64,000 nucleotides of DNA, taken from Candidatus Cloacimonadales bacterium. Its GTDB lineage: Bacteria; Cloacimonadota; Cloacimonadia; Cloacimonadales; JAIOQZ01. The notes under the pieces are model-generated. The model saw nothing but the letters and a program-made list of their open reading frames with translations, had not been told where the DNA came from and made no database searches. The DNA is taken from positions 2,336,001 through 2,400,000 of the forward strand of contig CAXXTU010000002.1 of the NCBI GenBank assembly GCA_963662655.2, in the 5' to 3' direction. The position numbers were made by a program, and so were the translations under genes. This document shows, in pieces, positions 28,372-39,400 of the stretch. Numbering within the stretch: the first letter of the stretch is position 1; each line of letters starts with the position of its first letter.

Positions 28372-29603
28372 CTTCGTTTCCTTTTTCCTGTATGAGAGCT
28401 TTCCAATCGATCCACGAACCTGATTACTCTCGGAACCTTGTATGGCTGTAGCTCGCTTCGCAAAAATGTAAGTATATCTTTCTCGAGATCGTTTGTGATG
28501 CTCTTCGGAGAGGGCTGAACAAACGCCTCCAGGATATTGCCGAGTACCGAATTCGATCGCGCCCTGACAACGCAATCCACCACGCCCGGCACCTCGCGAA
28601 CAAGGTCTTCGACCTCGAGGGGATTTACTTTGTAGCCTCCCACGTTGACGAAATCCTGCTTCCGGCTTACAAACCTGAAGCTTCCGTCCGGGTTTTGCTC
28701 GACCATATCCCCGGTCCGGTACCAGCCGTCCGCGAAATCGACGTTCGAGAAATCGCCCAGCAGTGAGTGATGAATCCATAATTCGCCTTCCGGTGAGACA
28801 CGGACCAGGTCTTTCACGCGCTCGCCGGGCTTGAACACGTCGTTTCTGGCAGAAAACAGTGAACCTGCTTCCGTGGAGGCGTAGACATTCCGGATCGCTG
28901 CGTTCGGGAAGGCTTCTTCCAGCAAAGGGACAAGCGCTGCATCGTACTTCTCGCCGCCGCAGGTAACTTGCCGGACGCTTTCAACCGGCGTCTCAATATC
29001 CAGCAACAACCGACGATAAAAAGCAGGTGTCGCGGAGATATGCGTAATCCCCTGCGTCTTCATGAGTTCTCTCGATTGAGCGCTGGTGGCATGGAAGAGG
29101 TCGATAATCGGATTCTGATTGCCGATAGCCTGAAGCATAACCTGCAAACCTGCGAAATGCGCCGCATGATAGGCTAGGGCCCACACATCTTCCTTGTGAT
29201 CGGAACTTCGCCGCACAGCCCGGGCAAGCGTTTTCCAGGAATGCCCGACTTTTTTCGGACGCCCCGTTGTCCCCGATGTATAGATGTAGACTCTTGCATC
29301 AGGGCTGTTTTCGAGCTTGTTCCATGCGTGATCGAAATTCTCGAATTCGATATCACCGGATTCGATATCTCTGGCCAGATCATCCGGTTGCAATCCAAGT
29401 GAAGCCACTTCGGACTCCTGCATGCCGTGATCGAGCAGAACCGAGCTGTTTCCCCGCACGAAATGAGCGAGGAGCGAGGAAATCAATTCACGTCCGTTGG
29501 GCTGACGTAAAACATAGGGGAGTTTCCCGGGTCTGGAGAGAAAATCCATCAATTCTTCGTAGCTTTTTTTCTCTCCGTCCGGAGTCATCCAAAATAGGCT
29601 CAT
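28368..29603 (-). CDS. AMP-dependent acyl-CoA/acyl-ACP ligase
   Basis: YTSGTTGRPK, YASTE, WYRTGD, VGGYKV.P.EVE, YKVP. Confidence 0.9.
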   Translation of the reverse strand: MSLFWMTPDGEKKSYEELMDFLSRPGKLPYVLRQPNGRELISSLLAHFVRGNSSVLLDHGMQESEVASLGLQPDDLARDIESGDIEFENFDHAWNKLENSPDARVYIYTSGTTGRPKKVGHSWKTLARAVRRSSDHKEDVWALAYHAAHFAGLQVMLQAIGNQNPIIDLFHATSAQSRELMKTQGITHISATPAFYRRLLLDIETPVESVRQVTCGGEKYDAALVPLLEEAFPNAAIRNVYASTEAGSLFSARNDVFKPGERVKDLVRVSPEGELWIHHSLLGDFSNVDFADGWYRTGDMVEQNPDGSFRFVSRKQDFVNVGGYKVNPLEVEDLVREVPGVVDCVVRARSNSVLGNILEAFVQPSPKSITNDLEKDILTFLRSELQPYKVPRVIRFVDRLESSHTGKRKRR

Positions 29604-29833
29604 GGCAACAATCCGAGGATGTCTCCCACCGTTCTTACGATTCCGTTAGCAAAGATATCCACGCCAAAATGATCTTCAATTCGTACCGTGAGCTCGGCGA
29701 GATCGAGAGAATCGAAATTCAAATCTTCTCTCAGAGTTTGCTCCGGAGATATTTCTGAAATCGACGGCATATCCTTTTTTTCCAAAACCTTATTGACTAT
29801 TTCGAGTAACGCTTTCTTCTTCATACATCTCAC
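29600..29833 (-). CDS. Acyl carrier protein
   Basis: LREDLNFDSLDLAEL...IED.FGV; phosphopantetheine Ser in DSL. Confidence 0.88.
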   Translation of the reverse strand: MRCMKKKALLEIVNKVLEKKDMPSISEISPEQTLREDLNFDSLDLAELTVRIEDHFGVDIFANGIVRTVGDILGLLP

Positions 29834-30104
29834 TTCGTTTATTATTGCTTTCAGCTTATGAACACAATTGAGTAATCGTATCGTGTCAAGGGGAAAATGC
29901 TTCTTTTCTCAAACCTTAAATAACCTACGCAGCTTCTTTCGCAGCAGAGGAAACAACGATTTCAACATGCTTGCCCAGTATCACGCAGTTTCCTCGAATA
30001 CGCCGTATTGAACTTATGCTTGTGCGTTTCCTATATTTATCGTTTACAATTATTGATTTTTATTGTTGATGGTAAAATATTATATCAAATTTCGTTCAGA
30101 TATT

Positions 30105-30140
30105 AAAAAATGCCCGGCATCCAATTGGCTTCCGGGCATT
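30105..30140 (-). terminator. Intrinsic terminator
   Basis: AATGCCCGG/CCGGGCATT plus T-run on the minus strand. Confidence 0.65.
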
Positions 30141-30160
30141 AATAATAACGATGTCTGTAA

Positions 30161-31399
30161 CTATTTCAGAAGGACCATCTTCTTGACAATCCGCTCAGTT
30201 CCTGTATTCATCAAGGCAAAATAGATACCGCCGGCGACTTGTGCATTCCAGGTCAGTGTATAAGTTCCGGCATCTTTGTGACCGCTGAAGAGAGTTTGAA
30301 TTTTTTGTCCGCGAATGTTATAGATGTCGATTTTCACGAATCCATCGCTGGCCATGCTATAGCTTATATTTGTGGATGGATTGAACGGGTTCGGATACAC
30401 ATCGATGCTGCTTGCGACCTGCGGGACGTCTTCGCCATCAACCGCATCTCCGAATCCATATACGTATTTACCGCTGTTGACCCAATCATTGTTTACCCAC
30501 ATCTGGGAAACAACATAACCCAGAGAGCCATCGACCATGTAGTACGTTGCCTTGTGGTCGTTGATCCACTCGGTGCCAGTCCAATCCATGTCAAGGTTAC
30601 TTTCGATGTTGTTACCGTCCCATTCGAAAGTGCTGTAATAATCATTGATCCAGGCAGATCCATCCCAGACTTTTCCCAGTTCTTCCAAGAGCAAGATGCC
30701 GGAGAACGTGAATGTCTCCTGCTCTTCATTCACATACTGGTCACCGTCCCAGTACCTGTACGTGTAGAGACTTGGGGTGGATCCATTGTATTCCCAGGTC
30801 TCCCATTTGTCGTTTTCCCACTGATCACCATTCCAGGATGTTTGCATAGCGGATGTGATATCCTCACTAGTCCATGTGTATTCCATCTGGTAATCTTCCT
30901 GCCAGTTGGTAACCGCGTTGACCTCGCCCAGGATATGGATAAGGTAATGCTCATCGTAGGTATACGTTTCGCGGGTCGTATCCATCATCTGACCGGACAG
31001 GTTCGCACTGACAAGAAGTTGTGTGGGGATACCTGCATTTAACGTGTACGTGTAAACCATAAGAAATTCTGTTTCCTGATAAATCAGAGACTGCGTGAAG
31101 ACAGTCGGGTATTCCCCATCGTAATCGATGGTCAACTCGCTGTATAGATGCCAGTCGTTAGCTTCTGCATCCCATGTGTACTGGTTCATCGACGTGTACT
31201 GCATCTCGTGAGCCTGGTGGAACATCATCAGCGTATAGGGATACGGAGTAACGAACATGTGAGAGTAGTCGGTGCGGTCTGAAAAGGTCATTACCATCGA
31301 CCGAGCCGACTGCTCGAACTGCGCTGAGACATCCTGCGTAGGCATTGCTGCCAGCAGTTGAATTGCGCAGAAAGCAAGAAAGAAAAGCAATCGTTTCAT
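30161..31399 (-). CDS. Secreted Trp/Tyr-rich beta-repeat protein with FlgD/T9SS-like CTD
   Basis: Signal peptide; ~30-aa W.G..W.N repeats; YPNPFNPST...YNIRGQKI...KKMVLLK. Confidence 0.85.
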   Translation of the reverse strand: MKRLLFFLAFCAIQLLAAMPTQDVSAQFEQSARSMVMTFSDRTDYSHMFVTPYPYTLMMFHQAHEMQYTSMNQYTWDAEANDWHLYSELTIDYDGEYPTVFTQSLIYQETEFLMVYTYTLNAGIPTQLLVSANLSGQMMDTTRETYTYDEHYLIHILGEVNAVTNWQEDYQMEYTWTSEDITSAMQTSWNGDQWENDKWETWEYNGSTPSLYTYRYWDGDQYVNEEQETFTFSGILLLEELGKVWDGSAWINDYYSTFEWDGNNIESNLDMDWTGTEWINDHKATYYMVDGSLGYVVSQMWVNNDWVNSGKYVYGFGDAVDGEDVPQVASSIDVYPNPFNPSTNISYSMASDGFVKIDIYNIRGQKIQTLFSGHKDAGTYTLTWNAQVAGGIYFALMNTGTERIVKKMVLLK

Positions 31400-31591
31400 A
31401 GATTCTCCTTACGTTTTGAGATGCTTTATCGTGCAGTAAGAGATCGAGAAATGTCAAGATAATTGTATGGCCATTCACTCCTATTTTTGCAGTGGTATTA
31501 GCTTTGGAATAAAGTATGCCTCCCCTTACCTCTTCAGGCATTTATGAGAACATTCGAAAACTTGCTCACGGCTCAGTTGGAGCAGCTTCCA

Positions 31592-32923
31592 TCACAGCAG
31601 GCGATACACCTCCTTCTCGATTTTCAGAATCAATGCCAATATCTCATGCTGCTTCCGGCGATCCTCCGGAGACCAAGATTCAAACGCGCTTTGCTGAAAA
31701 GGATTCGGCATGTAAAGGAACGACTCTTTCAGCAAGCTTGCTTCTCGTTCGTAGAACTCGGCCATCTGGCGGATTTCATCCCCGGAACGCTGGAATCGAT
31801 CGATATTGGAGAGCAGGTATTCGGCGGCAGTGCCCCTGGCTTCTTTCAGGCTTTGTGTGATCCACCAGTTTCCGAGCACCATATTTTCTTTCTGCGGCAC
31901 TTTCGATACTTCGCCAAAGTCCGGGGCGATCAGGGCTTTCATCCAGTTTTCGACAGCATTCAGGCCCGAGAAGTATGGGCCGTAGCTTTTATCCACGTAG
32001 AGCTCCCTGGCCAGCTTCAGAGATTCTTCGTAGCGATCTTCGAGAGGAAGCTCACGGTACCCATCTATCACACAAATCACCCAGGGGAACTTCTCTGCGA
32101 GGTCATAGCCCCGAGTGGAATCGTAGTAGCTACGCACGAAAAGCTCGCTTCCCTCTTTCTGGTACCCCGTGATCAAACCCCACTCGGGAATGTCGATCAA
32201 ATCGATCGCGATAACGGGATATCCGCCATTAATACCGTCTTGAATGAGCTCCAGCATCTCTTCTTTGGTGCGATATTCCACTTGCCCGTCGTCGCAACCC
32301 TCTTCCGGGGCATTCTTCATCTCATCGAGCCAGTAAAACTTGTACCGGTATCCGAGGATGTCGAGAATCCTCTCGCCACAGTTGAAACCCGTTGTGGCGT
32401 CGGGCGAGGATGGGCACCATCCATCGTAGAATTGCGTACGGAATCCATATCCCGAAAGCCCGACAATATCGGTATACGATATGCCTCTGCCGAATTTTTC
32501 ATCCAGGCGGAACACTGTGCCCAGGAAGGAGTTTTCCATCCCCGTTTCCCAGCGCAGCGATTTGATTCCGTCGATTACCACGGCATCGTCGTCGATGGCA
32601 TGCTCCGGTTTCCATTCCTTCAGGTAGACTCCGAGCTGCCCCCTGGGAACCTCAATCGACACCTGCTTGCCATCCCGCAACAGGACAACGTTAACCATGT
32701 CGGACGCAACCCTCTCCTTGATCTCGTTTATCTCCTGAACGGAATGTACTGGGATCCCGTTGTAAGATACGATCTCATCGCCTGTCAGCGCTCCCGCATC
32801 TTGAAGAGCGGAGTTTTCGGCAAATCCTGTTATTTCCACCTCGTTACCCTCCTTGATCTGATTCTGGCATGCTGCCAGCGTGAACAAAAGACAACAAACA
32901 AGCAAAATCCTGATAAGCATCAT
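31592..32923 (-). CDS. Lipoprotein with PDZ domain and BtrH/papain-fold-like domain
   Basis: LAAC lipobox; SA...AG...GDEI..YNG...RDG (PDZ); Y..I.GLSG.GFR, I..G.PVIA, WGLITGY. Confidence 0.7.
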   Translation of the reverse strand: MMLIRILLVCCLLFTLAACQNQIKEGNEVEITGFAENSALQDAGALTGDEIVSYNGIPVHSVQEINEIKERVASDMVNVVLLRDGKQVSIEVPRGQLGVYLKEWKPEHAIDDDAVVIDGIKSLRWETGMENSFLGTVFRLDEKFGRGISYTDIVGLSGYGFRTQFYDGWCPSSPDATTGFNCGERILDILGYRYKFYWLDEMKNAPEEGCDDGQVEYRTKEEMLELIQDGINGGYPVIAIDLIDIPEWGLITGYQKEGSELFVRSYYDSTRGYDLAEKFPWVICVIDGYRELPLEDRYEESLKLARELYVDKSYGPYFSGLNAVENWMKALIAPDFGEVSKVPQKENMVLGNWWITQSLKEARGTAAEYLLSNIDRFQRSGDEIRQMAEFYEREASLLKESFLYMPNPFQQSAFESWSPEDRRKQHEILALILKIEKEVYRLL

Positions 32924-33072
32924 TACCTCCCGGTTTCATTGAACACTGTTGTTTCCTGACACCGATAACCCATAGTTAATCAATAATATGCGAAGCATTC
33001 TGGCAAGAATTTTCTCTTCTGGATTCCCAATATCCGGTTCCGATGTAAATCAGTTAATTCCCGGCACTCAGC

Positions 33073-33275
33073 TGTCATGCTGATCTGTGGTTTTCGGATT
33101 TTGTCTGATCAATCGAGTAGAAGCCGAGACACCGCCCGACCCTTCGACTCCGCTCAGGGTGACATGGAGAAAGAGCTCAGAGTGACATGGAGAAAGAACT
33201 CAAGGTGACATGGAGAAAGAACTCAGGGTGTTATGGAGAAAGAACTCAGGGTGTCATAGAGAATGAGCTCAGGGG
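33073..33275. repeat. REP-like element with a 23-bp tandem repeat (about 5.4 copies)
   Basis: Unit (G/A)CTCAGGGTGACATGGAGAAAGA from 33152 to 33275; TGTCATGCTGA (33073) pairs with TCAGGGTGACA (33154). Confidence 0.85.
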
Positions 33276-33570
33276 AACATAGCGTGTTATGTTAATCTGA
33301 AATAGTTACTCTTTGATTCCCCATCCACCAAGTTGCAACAGGACCGGATATTGTCCTTTCATGAACAACGCAATTGGCTCTATTCGTTTCCTGAACGGCA
33401 TTCACGGCATGATTATTGGAATCTCATTTTTTGCAAAAAATGATCAAATCCGTAAGGGAAACGGTATGAAAAGTGCATTCATTGTAAATGTTCCATTAAA
33501 GCAATGATTCATTAAAATCATTCGAACATGTTCTTTGACTTTACTACACACTCGTGGCAGGAGGTACGTA

Positions 33571-36372
33571 ATGCGCATGAATTCGCGTATTGGTATCCTG
33601 TTTGTTATGGGGTTCTTGATGGGATCGATGCCTGCGATTTGCACCGCTGCGGATATCCTGATCTGGGATGATGATTTGGATAATACTCTTCCCATACCCG
33701 GAACGCCATACCATTATGGATACGAAGATGGAATTGAAGAAGCGCTGACGAATCTTGGATATGATTATGATACGGTCAGCGTATTACCTACCGATCTGTC
33801 TGATTACAATGTGATCTTCATCACATTAGGAGTATGGTGTACAGGATGCGGAAGCACACCACCCAGTGCGGTCGGCACTGCAGATCAGGCCAGATTGGTC
33901 GAGTTTTTGGACGATGGCAACGCCATCTACATTGAAGGAGTCGATGTTGGCTCCGATCACGTCGGAACGGAATTTTTCAATCACTTTGGAACAGAGTTTG
34001 TACACGATTATGACGGATTCATCTACACGGTGGATGGCGTCAGTCCCGGACTCATGAACAACCTTTACTATGAAATCAACACCAGCGACGCAGCCCATCA
34101 ACGCGTGGACGTTTTCGCTGCCGATGGTGGAATCGCTTATCAGGTCGCATCGACCGGCCATGTTAGCGGTGTTTACTACGATAGTCCGGAAGGCTACCGT
34201 ACAATCTGCTCCGCGTCGATGTTTATATCATTGATCGAGACCGAAGGCAACACCTGGGATGAATTGATGGCTCGATATATGTCGTTCTTGCTGTACGGCA
34301 ATATCCCCATCCTGGAGGTCAGTGACGAAAGCATCGATTACGAATATGTAAGCGTGGGATTTCCCGAAACAATCTTCTTTACCGTAACAAATGAAGGCGC
34401 GGACATGCTCGAGATCGGTAGTATTGTTACGTCGGACGGCGTTTTCACGGTAAGTGATGACGGCCCGATCAGCCTGGACATGCGTGAATCGATTACCATA
34501 GAGGTAACCTGCACGGCCACGCACCAGGAAGAGTACAATGAAACCCTCACCATCAACAGCAACGACCCCGATGGTCCTCTTGTCATCGACCTGCATGCCG
34601 AGTGCATCCAACCGCCGGGTCTCGTTATCACGCCCGACCACCTGAGCACGATCCTGCAACCCTGGGGTACCGATTCGAGCCAGGGCCTGACCCTGTTCAA
34701 CAACGGTAGCGGCGATCTGGATTTCTCCATCCAGTTGATCGACCTGGACAATCTGGGCGGCGATCGCGATCAGGGCGGTCCCGATGGATTTGGCTACCGC
34801 TGGATCGACAGCAACGATCCTGAAGGGCCTGAATACGTCTGGAATGATATTTCCGAGACCGGAACGCGCATCACCGGCTGGAACGCCTGCGATAACGGAT
34901 CTCCGTACGATGATGGCTACAAGGGACTCTCGATGGGATTCGATTTCCCGTTCTACGGCGAGACGTACAACTGGTTTTACCTCTCGACCAACGGATTTCT
35001 GAGCTTCAACTACGCCATGATTCACACCCTGGGGGCGGGAAACTTCTCTCTACCCTGCGAGTTCTATCTGGCAAATCTCATCGCTCCTTTCTGGGACGAT
35101 ATGGAAATCAGCGATGCCGACGTTTACATCCAGTATAATGAGAACGAAACCGTCATTCAGTATGATAACGCCACCTTCAACTACTTCCAGGATCACATCA
35201 ACATGCAGATGGTTCTGCGCCGTGGCGGCGGTATCGTGTTCTACTACGAAGAGCTCGACGGAAGCTCGAACAGCGCGACCATCGGAGTCGATAACCAGCC
35301 CGGTACGATTGGCCTGGAAGTATCCTACAATCAGGACTACATCCAGTCCGGCATGGCGATCGCCATCTCTTCCGGTCCCTGCTGGCTCGATCTCGACTCG
35401 ATGGGCGGAACGCTTTCACCCAGTGAGACGATGGACATCGGAGCGGTTATCTCCGCAACCGACCTGCCTGAAGGGACGTACAACGCTGCAATCAGGTTCA
35501 CGAGCAACGATGCGGAAAACCCGGTCATCGACATCCCCGTGACGATGCTGATCACCAGTCACGACCTGGTAACGGTCGATATCAATGTGTCCCTCAACAG
35601 CGAGGAATCTCCCGAAGGCGCGGCTGTCGTTCTCTCAAACCAGAGTGGCGACCCGAACTTCGTTTTCACAGCGGACATCCCCGAGAGCGGAACCGTTCAA
35701 TTCACCAATGTGGCCGATGGAACCTACGACCTTCAGGTAACGCTGAGTGGATACGAAGAATATTTGCAAACAGGGATCGCAATCGAAGAAGATGCGCAGC
35801 TCGACGTAGAACTGATCGAGGCGCTGGGCGCTCCGGTCAACCTCACCGTCTGGCAGGTTGACAGCGGCGTTCGGATGACATGGGACGCTCCGGGCAACCG
35901 AAGCCTGGAGAGCTTCAACGTCTATCTGGATGGTGACCTGCGAAGCAATACGGTCCACACACAGTACCTCTGGGCCGATGTTCCTGCTGGTGTTCACACG
36001 CTTGGTGTGACCTGCGTCTATACAACGGGCGAATCGGATCCGGTTGAAGTCGATTACGAATGGCTGTCTTCGGCCAGCACGGAAATTACTCCGGCGAACG
36101 ATACCTTCAGCGGAATCTACCCGAATCCCTTCAATCCTTCGACCACGCTGAAGTTCGGAATTGCAAACGACGAGCATGTCGTTCTCGATATATACAACCT
36201 GCGTGGGCAATTGGTGCGTACCCTGGATCAGGGAAAGATGAAAGCCGGATGGCACGAAGTAACCTGGAACGGCATGGATGGCGAAAATCATTCGGTCGGT
36301 TCGGGAATCTATCTCTTCCGGTTGAAAGCCGGAAGCTACTCGGCGATCAGGAAAGCGATGCTATTGAAATGA
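33571..36372 (+). CDS. Secreted multi-domain protein (Ig-like/choice-of-anchor D, nidogen-like, FN3) with FlgD/T9SS-like CTD
   Basis: AGGAGG RBS; TINSNDP, GGPDGFGYRWIDS, GFDFPFYG...STNGFLSF...IAPFWDD; YPNPFNPST...RKAMLLK. Confidence 0.85.
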   Translation: MRMNSRIGILFVMGFLMGSMPAICTAADILIWDDDLDNTLPIPGTPYHYGYEDGIEEALTNLGYDYDTVSVLPTDLSDYNVIFITLGVWCTGCGSTPPSAVGTADQARLVEFLDDGNAIYIEGVDVGSDHVGTEFFNHFGTEFVHDYDGFIYTVDGVSPGLMNNLYYEINTSDAAHQRVDVFAADGGIAYQVASTGHVSGVYYDSPEGYRTICSASMFISLIETEGNTWDELMARYMSFLLYGNIPILEVSDESIDYEYVSVGFPETIFFTVTNEGADMLEIGSIVTSDGVFTVSDDGPISLDMRESITIEVTCTATHQEEYNETLTINSNDPDGPLVIDLHAECIQPPGLVITPDHLSTILQPWGTDSSQGLTLFNNGSGDLDFSIQLIDLDNLGGDRDQGGPDGFGYRWIDSNDPEGPEYVWNDISETGTRITGWNACDNGSPYDDGYKGLSMGFDFPFYGETYNWFYLSTNGFLSFNYAMIHTLGAGNFSLPCEFYLANLIAPFWDDMEISDADVYIQYNENETVIQYDNATFNYFQDHINMQMVLRRGGGIVFYYEELDGSSNSATIGVDNQPGTIGLEVSYNQDYIQSGMAIAISSGPCWLDLDSMGGTLSPSETMDIGAVISATDLPEGTYNAAIRFTSNDAENPVIDIPVTMLITSHDLVTVDINVSLNSEESPEGAAVVLSNQSGDPNFVFTADIPESGTVQFTNVADGTYDLQVTLSGYEEYLQTGIAIEEDAQLDVELIEALGAPVNLTVWQVDSGVRMTWDAPGNRSLESFNVYLDGDLRSNTVHTQYLWADVPAGVHTLGVTCVYTTGESDPVEVDYEWLSSASTEITPANDTFSGIYPNPFNPSTTLKFGIANDEHVVLDIYNLRGQLVRTLDQGKMKAGWHEVTWNGMDGENHSVGSGIYLFRLKAGSYSAIRKAMLLK

Positions 36373-36410
36373 TCCTCCTCGTGCTCATGTCAGAAAGCGC
36401 GTAGTATAAT

Positions 36411-36445
36411 GAAAGCCCGAGATATACAAGACATCTCGGGCTTTC
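36411..36445. terminator. Bidirectional terminator between convergent genes
   Basis: GAAAGCCCGAGAT/ATCTCGGGCTTTC. Confidence 0.75.
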
Positions 36446-36462
36446 TTACTATCCAGAGGTTA

Positions 36463-39400
36463 TTATAGGTTTTTCTTTTGTCTGCGTGTCGTCAGGTAGT
36501 AGAATGACGGGATCACGATCAACGTAAGGAAGGTCGACACGATCAAACCGCCGATACTGACCACACCCATCGCCTGGCGGAATTCCTTACCGGCAGAACC
36601 GATACCCATCGCCATGGGAAGCATACCGAGCATGATCGCGAGGGACGACATAAGGATCGGTTTGAGCTTGGTGGGGCAAGCCTCGATCAACGCGTCATGC
36701 GGATTCTTGCCTTCCTTGCGGAGCTGGTTGGTATATTCCAGAAGCAAGATCGCATTGTTCACCACGATACCCACCAGCATAACGATCGCCATCATGGAGA
36801 ACATGTTCATGGTGAGTCCGGTCATGTAGAGCGCGCCGAAGACGCCGATCAACGCCAGCGGCAGGGTGCTGAGGATGAGCAATGGCTGCACGAAGCTTTC
36901 CAGGATCGCTGCCAGAAGCATGTAGGTAAGCAGGATCGCGAGGAGGAACGCCCTTCCGATATCCATGATCATGTCGTTCATCATCTCGACGTCGCCGCCC
37001 CAGTTGATGGTGTATCCGGAGGGGAGATCGATTTCGGCGATTCCTTGGTTGATGACGCTCACGACATCGCCCAGCGCAACGCCATTCGCGTTGGAGCCGG
37101 TAAGCTTGACTGTCTTGTACTTGTCCCTGTGGATCACCTTGTTGACACCAACCGAGAAATCGACATCGGCCAACTGCGAGATGCGATAGGTTCCCGTGGG
37201 GGTAACGACCGGGATATTCTTTACCTTTTCGGGAGAATCCACCGATTCGTCGGTCATGCAGATGCGAAGATCGTAGCTTTCACTGTTTTCTTTATACTCC
37301 GTCGCCACGATTCCTTCCACTGAAGCGCGGAGCGCCATGGCGATGTCGTAAACGGAGGCACCCGCGTCCATGAGCTTGCGCCTGTTAGGGACGATCGTAA
37401 TTTCCGGCTTGCCCGAGCGCAGGCTGCTATCGAAGTTGACGAGTCCGGGAACGCTCTTCATCTTTTCGATGATCTGGTCGTTCAGGTGGGAAAGCTCCTC
37501 GATCTCCTGTCCCTTCAAGTAGAACTCGATGGGAGGACCTCCCTGGTCTCCGGCTGAGGATACAGCCTGCAACTTGATGCGGGTGTTGGGGATCGTTGAA
37601 AGGTCCTTGATGAGGATGTCGTTGACCTGCGCGGTCGTCAGGGTTCTCAGCTCCGCATCGATCAGTTTGATGTTCGCGTAGGCGAGGTTCGTGCCAACGT
37701 CCGTGTCGGAGACTTTACCGATTGTTGTCAGGACGTGCTTCACCTCGGGGTGCGCGGTTATCGTCTTCTCGATCTGCTCCAGAACATCCGCTGTCTGAGA
37801 CAGGTTGTAACCCTGCGGAAGCTCGGCTTCCAGCTTGATGTTACCTTCGTCCATGAGCGGCATGAACTCGAAACCGATCTTACCGGCCAGCATGAAGCTT
37901 CCCACCAGGAGCGCGACGGTTCCAAGCATGAGGAACGCAGTGTAACGTTTCTTGCGGAACAGAACGGTTAGAAGTCTTCCATACCAGTGATCGATCGCGT
38001 CAAATTGCTTCTCGATCCAGGCGCCGAGCCTGCCCTTCTTCATTTGTACCGGCAGGAACCGGGAAGAGAGCATCGGGGTCATGGTAAAAGATATCAGCAG
38101 CGAAAAGATGGTTGCAAACGTAACCGTTAGTGCGAATTCGGTGAAGAACTGCCCCACGATCGAGCTCATCGATGCGATGGGCAGGAACACCACGACGTTG
38201 GTCATGGTAGAGGCGATAACAGCCACCGCTACTTCGGATGTACCGATCGCGGCCGACTCCATGCGCTTTTCGCCCAGGCGTTTGTGCCGGAAGATGTTTT
38301 CCAGCACCACCACGGAGTTTGTCACCAGCACACCCACCGAGACGGATAACCCCATCAGCGTCATGATGTTGATGGTGAAATCGAACGCCTGCATAAGCAT
38401 GAAGGTGGAGATGATCGACGTGGGCATGGCGAGCGCTACGATGAGAGTCGAACGCCAGTCGTGCAGGAAAATGAGCAGCACGATACCGGTGAAAATGATA
38501 CCGAGAATGATGTTGCTGAGCGTGTCTTCAACAGAACTCCTTATGAAGTTCGAGCTGTCGTCCACAAGGTTCAGTTCCAGCCCTTCTGGAAGCGCTTCTT
38601 CAATTTCCGGAAGCGCTTTGATCACTTCGTCGGCCACTTCCACCACGTTACCGTCCGAGCTCTTGAGGATACTGAGGCGGACGACATTGGGGTCTCTAAC
38701 TTTCTCGATGTTATTGAAGTAAACGCTGCGCTCTCTTATCTCGGCGCCCGTATCCACAACACTGGCGATCTGTTTGAGCTTTTTAATACCCTTGCTCGTC
38801 GCCACTTCCATATTGTTCAGTTGATCGACTGATTCAAACTCACCCTCCAGGCGTATCGAATACTCCTGATCTTTTTGCAGGAAATGTCCGCCGGGCATAT
38901 CGAGATTCTGTGCAGCCAGTATCTGTGCCATCTGCGAGAGAGAAATATTGTTCTCCATGACAACGCGATCGTTGAACTCTACTCGGACTTCGCGTTCCTG
39001 ACCGCCACTGATGTTCACACTGGCAACGCCCTCGATCTGCGAAAAGCGATCTTTGAGCTGCTTATCGGCTATTTCATATAACTCTATGGGCGTCTTGTCT
39101 CCACCCAGAACCAGTTCGACGATTGGGAATGCACCCATATCGAACTTGCTGATGACGGGCTTCTCCGCGTCATCCGGGAAATCGTTCAGGATCGCGTCGA
39201 TCTTGTCCTTCACTTCCTGGTTCGCGATATCGACATCCTTACCCATTTCGAAACGAACGATCACGTACCCCACGCTTTCCATAGAGTAGGATTCGATGTA
39301 ATCGATCTTGCTCACCGTGGAAACGGCGTCTTCAACCGGTTTGATGATCTGTGATTCAACTTCCAGCGGACTTGCGCCAGCGTAGATGAGCTGAACCGTA

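Noticed and set aside
27646..28779. 377-aa SDR as given in the ORF track
   Set aside because: The N-terminal 135 aa overlap the AMP-ligase in another frame; the real start is MNKILV at 28371. The same applies to the extended nrdG ORF from 58910.
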